Source of the DNA: Octopus sinensis
Lineage: Eukaryota
Assembly (NCBI RefSeq): GCF_006345805.1
Contig: NC_043020.1
Location: forward strand, 6,014,001 to 6,078,000
Direction: 5' to 3'
DNA length: 64,000 nucleotides
The position numbers and the translations under genes are program-made. Shown one piece after another: positions 24,263 through 38,508 of this stretch (positions are counted from its first letter, which is position 1; every line of letters begins with the position of its first letter). The notes under the pieces were generated by a model. The model ran no database searches and was not told where the DNA came from. It was given only the letters and a program-made list of their open reading frames with translations.

Positions 24263-26109
24263 TTCCAGGTATGACTTTCAGCTGCATCCAGTAGTGGGTT
24301 CCTTGTTCAGGAATTCCAGGGTCTTGAGGAATGTGGAACCACCTCTTAGCCCCTATTATTCCCAAATCAACTCTATCCTGGTGTAATAGCACCTGTTAGG
24401 GTCCCAGTTATGAGTGAATTAGCATATTAGGGCTCGCCTACCTGAGCATGCAAAGACTGACCCCAATCACCTCCATGGTTCAACAGATCGGAAGGTGGCT
24501 GCAGCAATGCACTGTCGAGTGCAAAGAGTAAGATGAGGCAGAGAAAGACATCTTGGTCATTTGTGGCATCTGTCTCCATCCCCACTCATCTTGACCTGGT
24601 CTTGCCCCTGGATTGAACAATAACTCATAAGTTATTGTTAACCATATTATTTATACATTTTCTTTTGTTTATATTATAATTCGGTTTCATTTTCAGTCAA
24701 CAACTGTCTTATGAATAAAGTTCAGTCAGTAATTGCTTGGTAATAAAAGTCAACCAACAAGATTTATTTGTTTCATAGCAAAGTTTACCATCATCACTTG
24801 GCTGGGCAATTTGCTCTGGCCAATGCAACACTTCCATGCCAGATATCTCAATCAAGTGATATGACCTGGATGTCTGGCTTTAGGCTTTAGCCACATTGAT
24901 ATTTTGCTAGTTGAAATATCTCATGTGTGCATGCCATGACCACAGATGATAGCAGCTGTTTGCTAACTAAACTGGTTAATCCCGGCCATTGACACTTTGT
25001 TGTCTGTTCATCTGCTTAACATCTTGTGATATTCACCACTGATTCAATAAATTCATTTGCTGAACTGGTCCACATCCCCAGGTGTCCTGATTGAGCAATG
25101 AGGCATGATCGTCTGGCCTATATTTTAGTTACATCGGTCTTTCATTAAGTGAAATATCTCATGCGTGCATGCCATGACTACAAATGATAGCAGTAGGTCA
25201 CTAACCGAACTGGTTGTTGGCTGTTCATCTGCTCAACATCTTGTGATATTCAACAGTGATTCAATAAGTTTATTTGCTTAAATAGTTCACAGCCACCATA
25301 CTGCATCCCATGATCACAGCACACCCTGGCTTTGGTGGTTCCATGTCATTTAACCCATAGCTGAAACCCTGGTAACTCCAGGTCAGAGTAGACCTAGGAA
25401 CAACAGTAGCTAAGAATTGGTTTCTCACTCTTCAAAACCAAGAAATTCCTGAATCAGGACTCCTCTACCAGATGCAGTTTAAAGACTTACCAAGGACTGG
25501 CACAGTTGATAGAATGAAAAGTTATAAGCATATGAACAAAAACACATCCTCAAACTCTTAGACATCTGTTATCTATGTTAGCTAACGCATGAATGTGGAA
25601 AATGCAGGGCAGAACTAAGAACCCATAGCTAAGCCATCTTTTTAGTGAACAATTTGTGTCAGTCCAATGACTGAAGCAAGTAAAAGATAAAAGATTAAAG
25701 ATAAAAGATAAAACTTACGTAATACCATTATGTCTGGTGATTGCTTTTTATTTCGTAAAGTTTTTTAATCACAAAATCTTCAAAAACATTTCAGAACTAT
25801 GAAATATGATCTCATGCTAATATAATTGCTAGAGACAATGTGTGCTACATCAATAGCTGACATTGTTAGAGAGTGGTTGTTTGGTCATGAATCATCATTG
25901 TCATCATCATCATCATCATCGCCGCCGCCGCCGCCGCCGCCGCCGTCATCATCATCATCATCACCACCACCACCATCATCATCATCATCAGTGCGATCAT
26001 TGACATCATGATCATCATCATCATTGTCATCCTCAACATCGTCGTCGTCCTCCTCTTCCTCCTCATCATCCTCCCCCTCCTCCACCTCATCATCATCAAA
26101 ATCACCATC

Positions 26110-26548
26110 ATTCAATGTACACGTTCGGTGCATGAATGATCATGTAAAATACAAAACTAAGTACACATACTCATATATACTTAAATGATAAACTTCTGGA
26201 AAGTTTTACAGATTTTTACAGTTCCAGTGATGGATTGGATCTGTAATCTCCAAATCAGCTTTCTCCTTTCTGGTTTTGAGAAGCCTAATTTCTCAAGATT
26301 GGTATTTAGGCAGTATGTTACATATCCCAATGCCCCCCAATAATTACAGGTATAAACCTGAACTTGTAATCTAGATAGAGTAACTGCAGATTTCTCAATA
26401 ATTCAGCGTAGGCGTTCTCTTTGTCACTGATCTTCAGCTTTATGTTAACATCCCCTGGGCAGCTAATTTCCACAACTGTGCACAGTTTCTCTTCTCTATC
26501 CCAAATCATTATATGAGGTATGTTGTGCTTACATTTTATTAAGGTCTT
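26110..26548 (-). mobile_element. R4/Dong-like non-LTR retrotransposon 3' fragment (restriction-like endonuclease C-terminus); repeated near 30570-31008 and 34735-35170
   Basis: KHNIPHIMIWDREEKLCTVVEISCP (degenerate RPD-I...E motif), then a +1 frameshift into IIGALGYVTYCL...GTVKICKTFQKFII*. Confidence 0.7.
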
Positions 26549-26972
26549 CACTGGTACAAGACACCCATAAAATTATCAACCATCATACAAACAATAACTC
26601 TGAGCACCTTTTCAAACTCCACCCATCTAACACCCGTGGACATATTTACAAAGTCAGAAAACAGCACAGCTCCCATGACTTCAGGAAACATTTTTTCACG
26701 CTGAGAGTTGCTGAAGCATGGAACAAACTGCCAGCATCAGTTGTTAGTTGTCGGAGCACTGCATCCTTCAAAACTTCCATGCTTCCTGAGATTCGCCAAC
26801 ACTACACCTGATTTCCTCCCCTCCATACACACGCAAGCATGTATCTGACTCATACACTGTTCGCTTTCCAGACATTTGTACATTACTGCATGTACTTTAT
26901 TCGCACTTTCTGACAAGTTGTGGTGCACCTGAGCACTGTATACAATAATTTCATTATTATATTATTATTATA
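26549..26972 (+). mobile_element. CR1-clade LINE 3' end; repeated near 31009-31432 and 35171-35595
   Basis: TRGHIYKVRKQ...RKHFFTLRVAEAWNKLPASVV...FK matches the CR1 ORF2 C-terminus, followed by a 3' UTR and an (ATT)n tail. Confidence 0.75.
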
Positions 26973-27151
26973 AGCTACAACATCTTATCAGTAGACAATA
27001 CCATGATGGCATTTTTGGAGAACTGCTTATGATGTGAGTGATATCTTCAGAGTGAACTCCACAAAGTCTCCATCAGTTATCACATTTTCCTGCTTTTCCT
27101 GCATCTCTATCCCTTTTGTGCACCAGGTACTTGGTTGATATTTCCTGTATG

Positions 27152-27184
<33 letters not shown>

Positions 27185-29087
27185 TGTATGTATGCATCTC
27201 TCTCTATATGTGTGTGTGTATGTATGTATGTATCTATATGTGTGTGTATGTATGTATCTATATATATGTGTGTATGTATGTATCATCATCATCATCATCA
27301 TCGTTTAACGTCCGTTCTCCATGCTAGCATGGGTTGGACGGTTCGACCGGGGTTCTGGGAAGCCAGAAGGCTGCACCAGGCTCCAGTCTAATCTGGCAAT
27401 GTTTCTACAGCTGGATGCCCTTCCTAACGCCAACCACTCCGTGAGTGTAGTGGGTGCTTTTTACGTGCCACCTGCACAGGTGCCAGGTGGGGCTGGCAAC
27501 GGCCACGGTCAGATTGGTGTATTTTATGTGCCACCGGCACGGAAGCCAGTCGAGGCGGTGCTGGCATCGGCCACGAGTCGGATAGTGCTTTTTACGTACC
27601 ACCAGACCAGGGATCCTGGCTGGTTCAATTCGATTTCGATCTGTATCTGTATATATATGTGTGTGTATGTATGTATGCATCTATATATGTGTGTGTGTAT
27701 GTATGTGTGTGTGTGCATGTGTGTGTGTGTGTTGTGTGTGTGCGGTTGTATGTAGATTTCTTGTGATTGCACGTAGCTTAGTGATTAGGGTATTTGGCTA
27801 ACGATCGTAAGGTCATGAGGTCAATTCTTAAGCACATGGTGATGCTTACATGTGTACACTATCCATTAAAAAAGAACTATCCACACACACACACACACAC
27901 ACAAACCAAATATAGGCAATGCCAGATTTACCATTGTGCGTAGGTGTACTTAAGCACAGGATCCTTTGACAAAGGGGGCCCGTCTTCCTGCCCCCTAAAA
28001 TTTAACTACTCCTAAATTTCCTGAGTTTGTATGCCTGACTATCTAAATAAGGGGTCTCGTAATTTAACAAGCACTGGGCCTCGTTTGTCCTAAATCCAGC
28101 ACTGAATATAGGACAATCAAAACAGAAAATCTTTTGACTATGGGTTAGCTCAGAAAGGCTGACCTCAAACTAAACAACACCCACAACAACAACAACAATG
28201 AAAAGTAAGTAAAGTAAGGCGCAAGAGTGGCTGTGTGGTAAGTAGCTTGTTTACCAACCACATGGTTCGGGTTCAGTCCCACTGCGTGGCACCTTGGGCA
28301 AGTGTCTTCTACTATAGCCTCGGGCTGACCAAAGCCTTGTGAGTGGATTTGGTAGACGGAAACTGAAAGAAGCCCGTCGTATACATGTATATATATGTAT
28401 ATGTGTCCGTGTATATTTGTATGTCTGTGTTTGTCCCACCAACATCGCTTGACAACCGATGCCGGTGTGTTTATGTCCCGGTCACTTAGCAGTTTGGCAA
28501 AAGAGACCGATAGAATAAGTACTGAGCTTACAAAGAATAAGTCCTGGGGTCGAGTTGCTCGACTAAAAAGGCGGTGATCCGGCATGGCCGCAGTCAAATG
28601 ACTGAAACAAGTAAAAGAGAGTAAAGAGTAAAGTGTTTTGTAAAGGGTGTGTAAGGCATGTTGTCAAGATTATTTTTGGAAGTCAATATCTTAATTCTTT
28701 TTTACTGCTCATCATGTTATGCAAAGTCATTGGACGAGGATAAGGAGGTGACCTCAGAGAAAATTTAAAAAAAGAAATAGTAATATTATCTACAGGTTAC
28801 TGATAATTTAAATTGTGTGACTGTCATTTTGATTGTGTGATTGTCTGCATACTTGAGTATCCGTCTGTGGATGTATATCCTCATCGGCGTTGGCGTCGGC
28901 GGTGGCGGCGTCTTCGTCGTCGTCATCATCATCATCGTCATCATCATCGTTATCGTCATTCTCATCATCATCATCAGCATCATCATCATCATCGTCATCG
29001 TCATCATCATCGTCATCGTCGTCATCATCATCATCAACATCATCATCATCATCATCATCGTCGTCATCATCATCATCATCATCATCG

Positions 29088-29119
<32 letters not shown>

Positions 29120-30393
29120 GTCATTCTCATCATCATCATCATCATCATCACTATCATTGTCATCCTCATCATCATCAACATAATTACTGTCGTCGTCATC
29201 ATAAGCATTGTCATAGTATGGATATATATGCGTATGGCCATATATGGCCATATGAATTTGCTCTGGCCAATGCAACACTTCCATGCCAGATATCTCAATC
29301 AAGTGATATGACCTGGATGTCTGGTTTTAGGCTTTAGCCACATTGATATTTTGCTAGTTGAAATATCTCATGTGTGCATGCCATGACCACAGATGATAGC
29401 AGCTGTTTGCTAACTAAACTGGTTAATCCCGGCCATTGACACTTTGTTGTCTGTTCATCTGCTTAACATCTTGTGATATTCACCACTGATTCAATAAATT
29501 CATTTGCTGAACTGGTCCACATCCCCAGGTGTCCTGATTGAGCAATGAGGCATGATCGTCTGGCCTATATTTTAGTTACATCGGTCTTTCATTAAGTGAA
29601 ATATCTCATGCGTGCATGCCATGACTACAAATGATAGCAGTAGGTCACTAACCGAACTGGTTGTTGGCTGTTCATCTGCTCAACATCTTGTGATATTCAA
29701 CAGTGATTCAATAAGTTTATTTGCTTAAATAGTTCACAGCCACCATACTGCATCCCATGATCACAGCACACCCTGGCTTTGGTGGTTCCATGTCATTTAA
29801 CCCATAGCTGAAACCCTGGTAACTCCAGGTCAGAGTAGACCTAGGAACAACAGTAGCTAAGAATTGGTTTCTCACTCTTCAAAACCAAGAAATTCCTGAA
29901 TCAGGACTCCTCTACCAGATGCAGTTTAAAGACTTACAAGGACTGGCACAGTTGATAGAATGAAAAGTTATAAGCATATGAACAAAAACACATCCTCAAA
30001 CTCTTAGACATCTGTTATCTATGTTAGCTAACGCATGAATGTGGAAAATGCAGGCCGAACTAAGAACCCATAGCTAAGCCATCTTTTAGTGAACAATTTG
30101 TGTCAGTCCAATGACTGAAGCAGTAAAAGATAAAAGATTAAAGATAAAAGATAAACTTACGTAATACCATTATGTCTGGTGATTGCTTTTTATTTCGTAA
30201 AGTTTTTTAATCACAAAATCTTCAAAAACATTTCAGAACTATGAAATATGATCTCATGCTAATATAATTGCTAGAGACAATGTGTGCTACATCAATAGCT
30301 GACATTGTTAGAGAGTGGTTGTTTGGTCATGAATCATCATTGTCGTCATCATCATCATCATCGCCGCCGCCGCCGCCGCCGCCGCCGTCGTCG

Positions 30394-30429
<36 letters not shown>

Positions 30430-31610
30430 CCACCACCACCATCATCAGTGCGATCATTGACATCATGATCATCATCATCATTGTCATCCTCACATCGTCG
30501 TCGTCGTCCTCCTCGTCCTCCTCATCATCCTCCCCTCCTCCACCTCATCATCATCAAAATCACCATCATTCAATGTACACGTTCGGTGCATGAATGATCA
30601 TGTAAATACAAAACTAAGTACACACATACTCATATATACTTAAATGATAAACTTCTGGAAAGTTTTACAGATTTTTACAGTTCCAGTGATGGATTGGATC
30701 TGTAATCTCCAAATCAGCTTTCTCCTTTCTGGTTTTGAGAAGCCTAATTTCTCAAGATTGGTATTTAGGCAGTATGTTACATATCCCAATGCCCCCCAAT
30801 AATTACAGGTATAAACCTGAACTTGTAATCTAGATAGAGTAACTGCAGATTTCTCAATAATTCAGCGTAGGCGTTCTCTTTGTCACTGATCTTCAGCTTT
30901 ATGTTAACATCCCCTGGGCAGCTAATTTCCACAACTGTGCACAGTTTCTCTTCTCTATCCCAAATCATTATATGAGGTATGTTGTGCTTACATTTTATTA
31001 AGGTCTTCATTGGTACAAGACACCCATAAAATTATCAACCATCATACAAACAATAACTCTGAGCACCTTTTCAAACTCCACCTGTCTAACACCCGTAGAC
31101 ATATTTACAAAGTCAGAAAACAGCACAGCTCCCATGACTTCAGGAAACATTTTTTCACGCTGAGAGTTGCTGAAGCATGGAACAAACTGCCAGCATCAGT
31201 TGTTAGTTGTCGGAGCACTGCATCCTTCAAAACTTCCATGCTTCCTGAGATTCGCCAACACTACACCTGATTTCCTCCCCTCCATACACACGCAAGCATG
31301 TATCTGACTCATACACTGTTCGCTTTCCAGACATTTGTACATTACTGCATGTACTTTATTCGCACTTTCTGACAAGTTGTGGTGCACCTGAGCACTGTAT
31401 ACAATAATTTCATTATTATATTATTATTATAAGCTACAACATCTTATCAGTAGACAATACCATGATGGCATTTTTGGAGAACTGCTTATGATGTGAGTGA
31501 TATCTTCAGAGTGAACTCCACAAAGTCTCCATCAGTTATCACATTTTCCTGCTTTTCCTGCATCTCTATCCCTTTTGTGCACCAGGTACTTGGTTGATAT
31601 TTCCTGTATG

Positions 31611-31643
<33 letters not shown>

Positions 31644-32179
31644 GTGTATGTATGCATCTCTCTCTATATATGTGTGTGTGTATGTATGTATGTATCTATA
31701 TGTGTGTGTGTATGTATGTATCTATATATATGTGTGTATGTATGTATCATCATCATCATCATCATCGTTTAACGTCCGTTCTCCATGCTAGCATGGGTTG
31801 GACGGTTCGACCGGGGTTCTGGGAAGCCAGAAGGCTGCACCAGGCTCCAGTCTAATCTGGCAATGTTTCTACAGCTGGATGCCCTTCCTAACGCCAACCA
31901 CTCCGTGAGTGTAGTGGGTGCTTTTTACGTGCCACCTGCACAGGTGCCAGGTGGGGCTGGCAACGGCCACGGTCAGATTGGTGTATTTTATGTGCCACCG
32001 GCACGGAAGCCAGTCGAGGCGGTGCTGGCATCGGCCACGAGTCGGATAGTGCTTTTTACGTACCACCAGACCAGGGATCCTGGCTGGTTCAATTCGATTT
32101 CGATCTGTATCTGTATATATATGTGTGTGTATGTATGTATGCATCTATATATGTGTGTGTGTATGTATGTGTGTGTGTG

Positions 32180-32219
<40 letters not shown>

Positions 32220-35200
32220 GTTGTATGTAGATTTCTTGTGATTGCACGTAGCTTAGTGATTAGGGTATTTGGCTAACGATCGTAAGGTCATGAGGTCAAT
32301 TCTTAAGCACATGGTGATGCTTACATGTGTACACTATCCATTAAAAAAGAACTATCCATTAAAAGGCGCAAGAGTGGCTGTGTGGTAAGTAGCTTGTTTA
32401 CCAACCACATGGTTCCGGGTTCAGTCCCACTGCGTGGCACCTTGGGCAAGTGTCTTCTACTATAGCCTCGGGCTGACCAAAGCCTGGTGAGTGGATTTGG
32501 TAGACGGAAACTGAAAGAAGCCCGTCGTATACATGTATATATATGTATATGTGTCCGTGTATATTTGTATGTCTGTGTTTGTCCCACCAACATCGCTTGA
32601 CAACCGATGCCGGTGTGTTTATGTCCCGGTCACTTAGCAGTTTGGCAAAAGAGACCGATAGAATAAGTACTGAGCTTACAAAGAATAAGTCCTGGGGTCG
32701 AGTTGCTCGACTAAAAAGGCGGTGATCCGGCATGGCCGCAGTCAAATGACTGAAACAAGAAAAGAGAGTAAAGAGTAAAGTGTTTTGTAAAGGGTGTGTA
32801 AGGCATGTTGTCAAGATTATTTTTGGAAGTCAATATCTTAATTCTTTTTTACTGCTCATCATGTTATGCAAAGTCATTGGACGAGGATAAGGAGGTGACC
32901 TCAGAGAAAATTTAAAAAAAGAAATAGTAATATTATCTACAGGTTACTGATAATTTAAATTGTGTGACTGTCATTTTGATTGTGTGATTGTCTGCATACT
33001 TGAGTATCCGTCTGTGGATGTATATCCTCATCGGCGTTGGCGTCGGCGTTGGCGGCGTCTTCGTCATCATCATCATCATCGTCATCATCATCGTTATCGT
33101 CATTCTCATCATCATCATCAGCATCATCATCATCATCATCATCGTCATCATCATCGTCATCGTCATCATCATCATCATCATCGTCGTCATCATCATCATC
33201 ATCATCGTCATCATCATCATCATCATCATCGTCATTCTCATCATCATCATCATCATCATCACTATCATTGTCATCCTCATCATCATCAACATAATTACTG
33301 TCGTCGTCATCATAAGCATTGTCATAGTATGGATATATATGCGTATGGCCATATATGGCCATATGAATTTGCTCTGGCCAATGCAACACTTCCATGCTAG
33401 ATATCTCAATCAAGTGATATGACCTGGATGTCTGGCTTTAGGCTTTAGCCACATTGATATTTTGCTAGTTGAAATATTTCATGTGTGCATGCCATGACCA
33501 CAGATGATAGCAGCTGTTTGCTAACTAAACTGGTTAATCCCGGCCATTGACACTTTGTTGTCTGTTCATCTGCTTAACATCTTGTGATATTCACCACTGA
33601 TTCAATAAATTCATTTGCTGAACTGGTCCACATCCCCAGGTGTCCTGATTGAGCAATGAGGCATGATCGTCTGGCCTATATTTTAGTTACATCGGTCTTT
33701 CATTAAGTGAAATATCTCATGCGTGCATGCCATGACTACAAATGATAGCAGTAGGTCACTAACCGAACTGGTTGTTGGCTGTTCATCTGCTCAACATCTT
33801 GTGATATTCAACAGTGATTCAATAAGTTTATTTGCTTAAATAGTTCACAGCCACCATACTGCATCCCATGATCACAGCACACCCTGGCTTTGGTGGTTCC
33901 ATGTCATTTAACCCATAGCTGAAACCCTGGTAACTCCAGGTCAGAGTACCTAGGAACAACAGTAGCTAAGAATTGGTTTCTCACTCTTCAAAACCAAGAA
34001 ATTCCTGAACCAGGACTCCTCTACCAGATGCAGTTTAAAGACTTACCAAGGACTGGCACAGTTGATAGAATGTAAAGTTATAAGCATATGAACAAAAACA
34101 CATCCTCAAACTCTTAGACATCTGTTATCTATGTTAGCTAACGCATGAATGTGGAAAATGCAGGGCCGAACTAAGAACCCATAGCTAAGCCATCTTTTTA
34201 GTGAACAATTTGTGTCAGTCCAATGACTGAAGCAAGTAAAAGATAAAAGATTAAAGATAAAAGATAAAACTTACGTAATACCATTATGTCTGGTGATTGC
34301 TTTTTATTTCGTAAAGTTTTTTAATCGTAAAATCTTCAAAAACATTTCAGAACTATGAGATATGATCTCATGCTAATATAATTGCTAGAGACAATGTGTG
34401 CTACATCAATAGCTGACATTGTTAGAGAGTGGTTGTTTGGTCATGAATCATCATTGTCATTGTCGTCATCACCGTTGTTGTCGTCGTCATCATCATCATT
34501 GTCATTGTCGTCATCACCGTTGTTGTCGTCGTCATCATCATCATTGTCATTGTCGTCATCACCGTTGTTGTCGTCGTCATCATCATCATCACCACCACCA
34601 TCATCATCATCATCAGTGCGATCATTGACATCATGATCATCATCATCATTGTCATCCTCAACATCGTCGTCGTCCTCCTCTTCCTCCTCATCATCCTCCC
34701 CCTCCTCCACCTCATCATCATCAAAATCACCATCATTCAATGTACACGTTCGGTGCATGAATGATCATGTAAAATACAAAACTAAGTACACATACTCATA
34801 TATACTTAAATGATAAACTTCTGGAAAGTTTTACAGATTTTTACAGTTCCAGTGATGGATTGGATCTGTAATCTCCAAATCAGCTTTCTCCTTTCTGGTT
34901 TTGAGAAGCCTAATTTCTCAAGATTATATTTAGGCAGTATGTTACATATCCCAATGCCCCCCAATAATTACAGGTATAAACCTGAACTTGTAATCTAGAT
35001 AGAGTAACTGCAGATTTCTCAATAATTCAGCGTAGGCGTTCTCTTTGTCACTGATCTTCAGCTTTATGTTAACATCCCCTGGGCAGCTAATTTCCACAAC
35101 TGTGCACAGTTTCTCTTCTCTATCCCAAATCATATATGAGGTATGTTGTGCTTACTTTTATTAAGGTCTTCACTGGTACAAGACACCCATAAAATTATCA

Positions 35201-36511
35201 ACCATCATACAAACAATAACTCTGAGCACCTTTTCAAACTCCACCTGTCTAACACCCGTGGACATATTTACAAAGTCAGAAAACAGCACAGCTCCCATGA
35301 CTTCAGGAAACATTTTTTCACGCTGAGAGTTGCTGAAGCATGGAACAAACTGCCAGCATCAGTTGTTAGTTGTCGGAGCACTGCATCCTTCAAAACTTCC
35401 ATGCTTCCTGAGATTCGCCAACACTACACCTGATTTCCTCCCCTCCATACACACACGCAAGCATGTATCTGACTCATACACTGTTCGCTTTCCAGACATT
35501 TGTACATTACTGCATGTACTTTATTCGCACTTTCTGACAAGTTGTGGTGCACCTGAGCACTGTATACAATAATTTCATTATTATATTATTATTATAAGCT
35601 ACAACATCTTATCAGTAGACAATACCATGATGGCATTTTTGGAGAACTGCTTATGATGTGAGTGATATCTTCAGAGTGAACTCCACAAAGTCTCCATCAG
35701 TTATCACATTTTCCTGCTTTTCCTGCATCTCTATCCCTTTTGTGCACCAGGTACTTGGTTGATATTTCCTGTATGTATATATGTATGTATGTATGTATGT
35801 ATGTGTGTATGTATGCATCTCTCTCTATATATGTGTGTGTGTATGTATGTATGTATCTATATGTGTGTGTGTATGTATGTATCTATATATATGTGTGTAT
35901 GTATGTATCATCATCATCATCATCATCGTTTAACGTCCGTTCTCCATGCTAGCATGGGTTGGACGGTTCGACCGGGGTTCTGGGAAGCCAGAAGGCTGCA
36001 CCAGGCTCCAGTCTAATCTGGCAATGTTTCTACAGCTGGATGCCCTTCCTAACGCCAACCACTCCGTGAGTGTAGTGGGTGCTTTTTACGTGCCACCTGC
36101 ACAGGTGCCAGGTGGGGCTGGCAACGGCCACGGTCAGATTGGTGTATTTTATGTGCCACCGGCACGGAAGCCAGTCGAGGCGGTGCTGGCATCGGCCACG
36201 AGTCGGATAGTGCTTTTTACGTACCACCAGACCAGGGATCCTGGCTGGTTCAATTCGATTTCGATCTGTATCTGTATATATATGTGTGTGTATGTATGTA
36301 TGTATGTATCTATATATATGTGTGTGTGTATGTATGTGTGTGTGTGCATGTGTGTGTGTGTGTGTGTGTGTGCGGTTGTATGTAGATTTCTTGTGATTGC
36401 ACGTAGCTTAGTGATTAGGGTATTTGGCTAACGATCGTAAGGTCATGAGGTCAATTCTTAAGCACATGGTGATGCTTACATGTGTACACTATCCATTAAA
36501 AAAGAACTATC

Positions 36512-36542
<31 letters not shown>

Positions 36543-37645
36543 CAAATATAGGCAATGCCAGATTTACCATTGTGCGTAGGTGTACTTAAGCACAGGATCC
36601 TTTGACAAAGGGGGCCCGTCTTCCTGCCCCCTAAAATTTAACTACTCCTAAATTTCCTGAGTTTGTATGCCTGACTATCTAAATAAGGGGTCTCGTAATT
36701 TAACAAGCACTGGGCCTCGTTTGTCCTAAATCCAGCACTGAATATAGGACAATCAAAACAGAAAATCTTTTGACTATGGGTTAGCTCAGAAAGGCTGACC
36801 TCAAACTAAACAACACCCACAACAACAACAACAATGAAAAGTAAGTAAAGTAAGGCGCAAGAGTGGCTGTGTGGTAAGTAGCTTGTTTACCAACCACATG
36901 GTTCCGGGTTCAGTCCCACTGCGTGGCACCTTGGGCAAGTGTCTTCTACTATAGCCTCGGGCTGACCAAAGCCTTGTGAGTGGATTTGGTAGACGGAAAC
37001 TGAAAGAAGCCCGTCGTATACATGTATATATATGTATATGTGTCCGTGTATATTTGTATGTCTGTGTTTGTCCCACCAACATCGCTTGACAACTGATGCC
37101 GGTGTGTTTATGTCCCGGTCACTTAGCAGTTCGGTAAAAGAGACCGATAGAATAAGTACTGAGCTTACAAAGAATAAGTCCCGGGGTCGAGTTGCTCGAC
37201 TAAAAAGGCGGTGATCCGGCATGGCCGCAGTCAAATGACTGAAACAAGTAAAAGAGTAAAAGAGTAAAGAGTAAAGTGTTTTGTAAAGGGTGTGTAAGGC
37301 ATGTTGTCAAGATTATTTTTGGAAGTCAATATCTTAATTTTTTTTATCTACAGGTTACTGATAATTTAAATTGTGTGACTGTCATTTTGATTGTGTGATT
37401 GTCTGCATACTTGAGTATCCGTCTGTGGATGTATATCCTCATCGGCGTTGGCGTCGGCGTCGGCGGTGGCGTCGGCGGTGGCGTCGGCGTCGGCGGTGGC
37501 GTCGGCGTCGGCGGTGGCGTTGGCGGCGTCTTCGTCGTCATCATCATCATCATCGTCGTCATCATCGTTATCGTCATTCTCATCATCATCATCAGCATCA
37601 TCATCATCATCATCATCGTTATCATCATCGTCATCGTCGTCATCG

Positions 37646-37695
<50 letters not shown>

Positions 37696-38264
37696 GTCGT
37701 CATCATCATCATCATCATCATCGTCATCATCATCATCATCATCATCATCATCGTCATTCTCATCATCATCATCATCATCATCACTATCATTGTCATCCTC
37801 ATCATCATCAACATAATTACTGTCGTCGTCATCATAAGCATTGTCATAGTATGGATATATATGCGTATGGCCATATATGGCCATATGAATTATATATCTA
37901 TGTGTCTGTTGTGTATATATATATGTGTGCATATGCCTGCACAAGTATGTGTGTATAACCTTCTTTTTCTTTCACTGGGACTATCAATGATGTTCCTGAT
38001 TAATGTCTAAACATAAATTATTCATGCAAATGTTTTTTCATTTTATAGAAAAAATTTTCTGACCAATTTCTCTAATAGGAAATTCCTTACAAGTCTATAT
38101 AACATCTAAACCTTTGTGATTCCTATTAGAAAATGAAACATGTGTAATGGGAAATAAATAATACCAAAAAAACTCCCATTTACCTGTTTTCTTTATCTGT
38201 ATATATATATATAAAGATGTATATGTATGTATACATTGCTAAACCTCGCTAAGATAAATATTTC

Positions 38265-38339
38265 AATCACCTGAAGAGTGACTGTAACCATAACTCGAAT
38301 TATTACGAATTGGACAGCCATGAAACGATCGTAGTGTTT
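38265..38339 (+). ncRNA. Type I minimal hammerhead ribozyme motif (Penelope-like)
   Basis: CAC-CTGAAGA-[stem II GTGACTGT/ACAGCCAT]-GAAA-C-GATC-G-TA-GTG. Intact core, palindromic stem III ACGATCGT, stem I CAC/GTG; predicted cleavage after 38333. Confidence 0.7.
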
Positions 38340-38471
38340 TACTCATTATCTTTTATTAAACTTTTAATAATTTTGATATATATGTAAAATAATATAAATT
38401 AGTTAATTTTATGTATTGGCTTAAGTTTTTCATTGTTTGATTTGCCTAATAGTGGTTTTATCTCTAATTTA

Positions 38472-38508
<37 letters not shown>

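Larger units (their letters stand above)
24808..37890. repeat. Triple tandem segmental duplication (units of ~4447, ~4111 and ~4520 bp starting at 24808, 29255 and 33366)
   Basis: Near-identical ordered blocks repeated three times; 4-bp AATT microhomology at both junctions and at both outer boundaries. Confidence 0.95.

Noticed and set aside
28808-29302. Poly-Asp ORF (also at 32955-33413 and 37366-37944) resembling acidic shell-matrix proteins
   Set aside because: It is a (GAT/GAC)n microsatellite of a kind found throughout the window, open in most frames. The N-terminus crosses the duplication junction and differs in unit 3, and there is no signal peptide or splice support.
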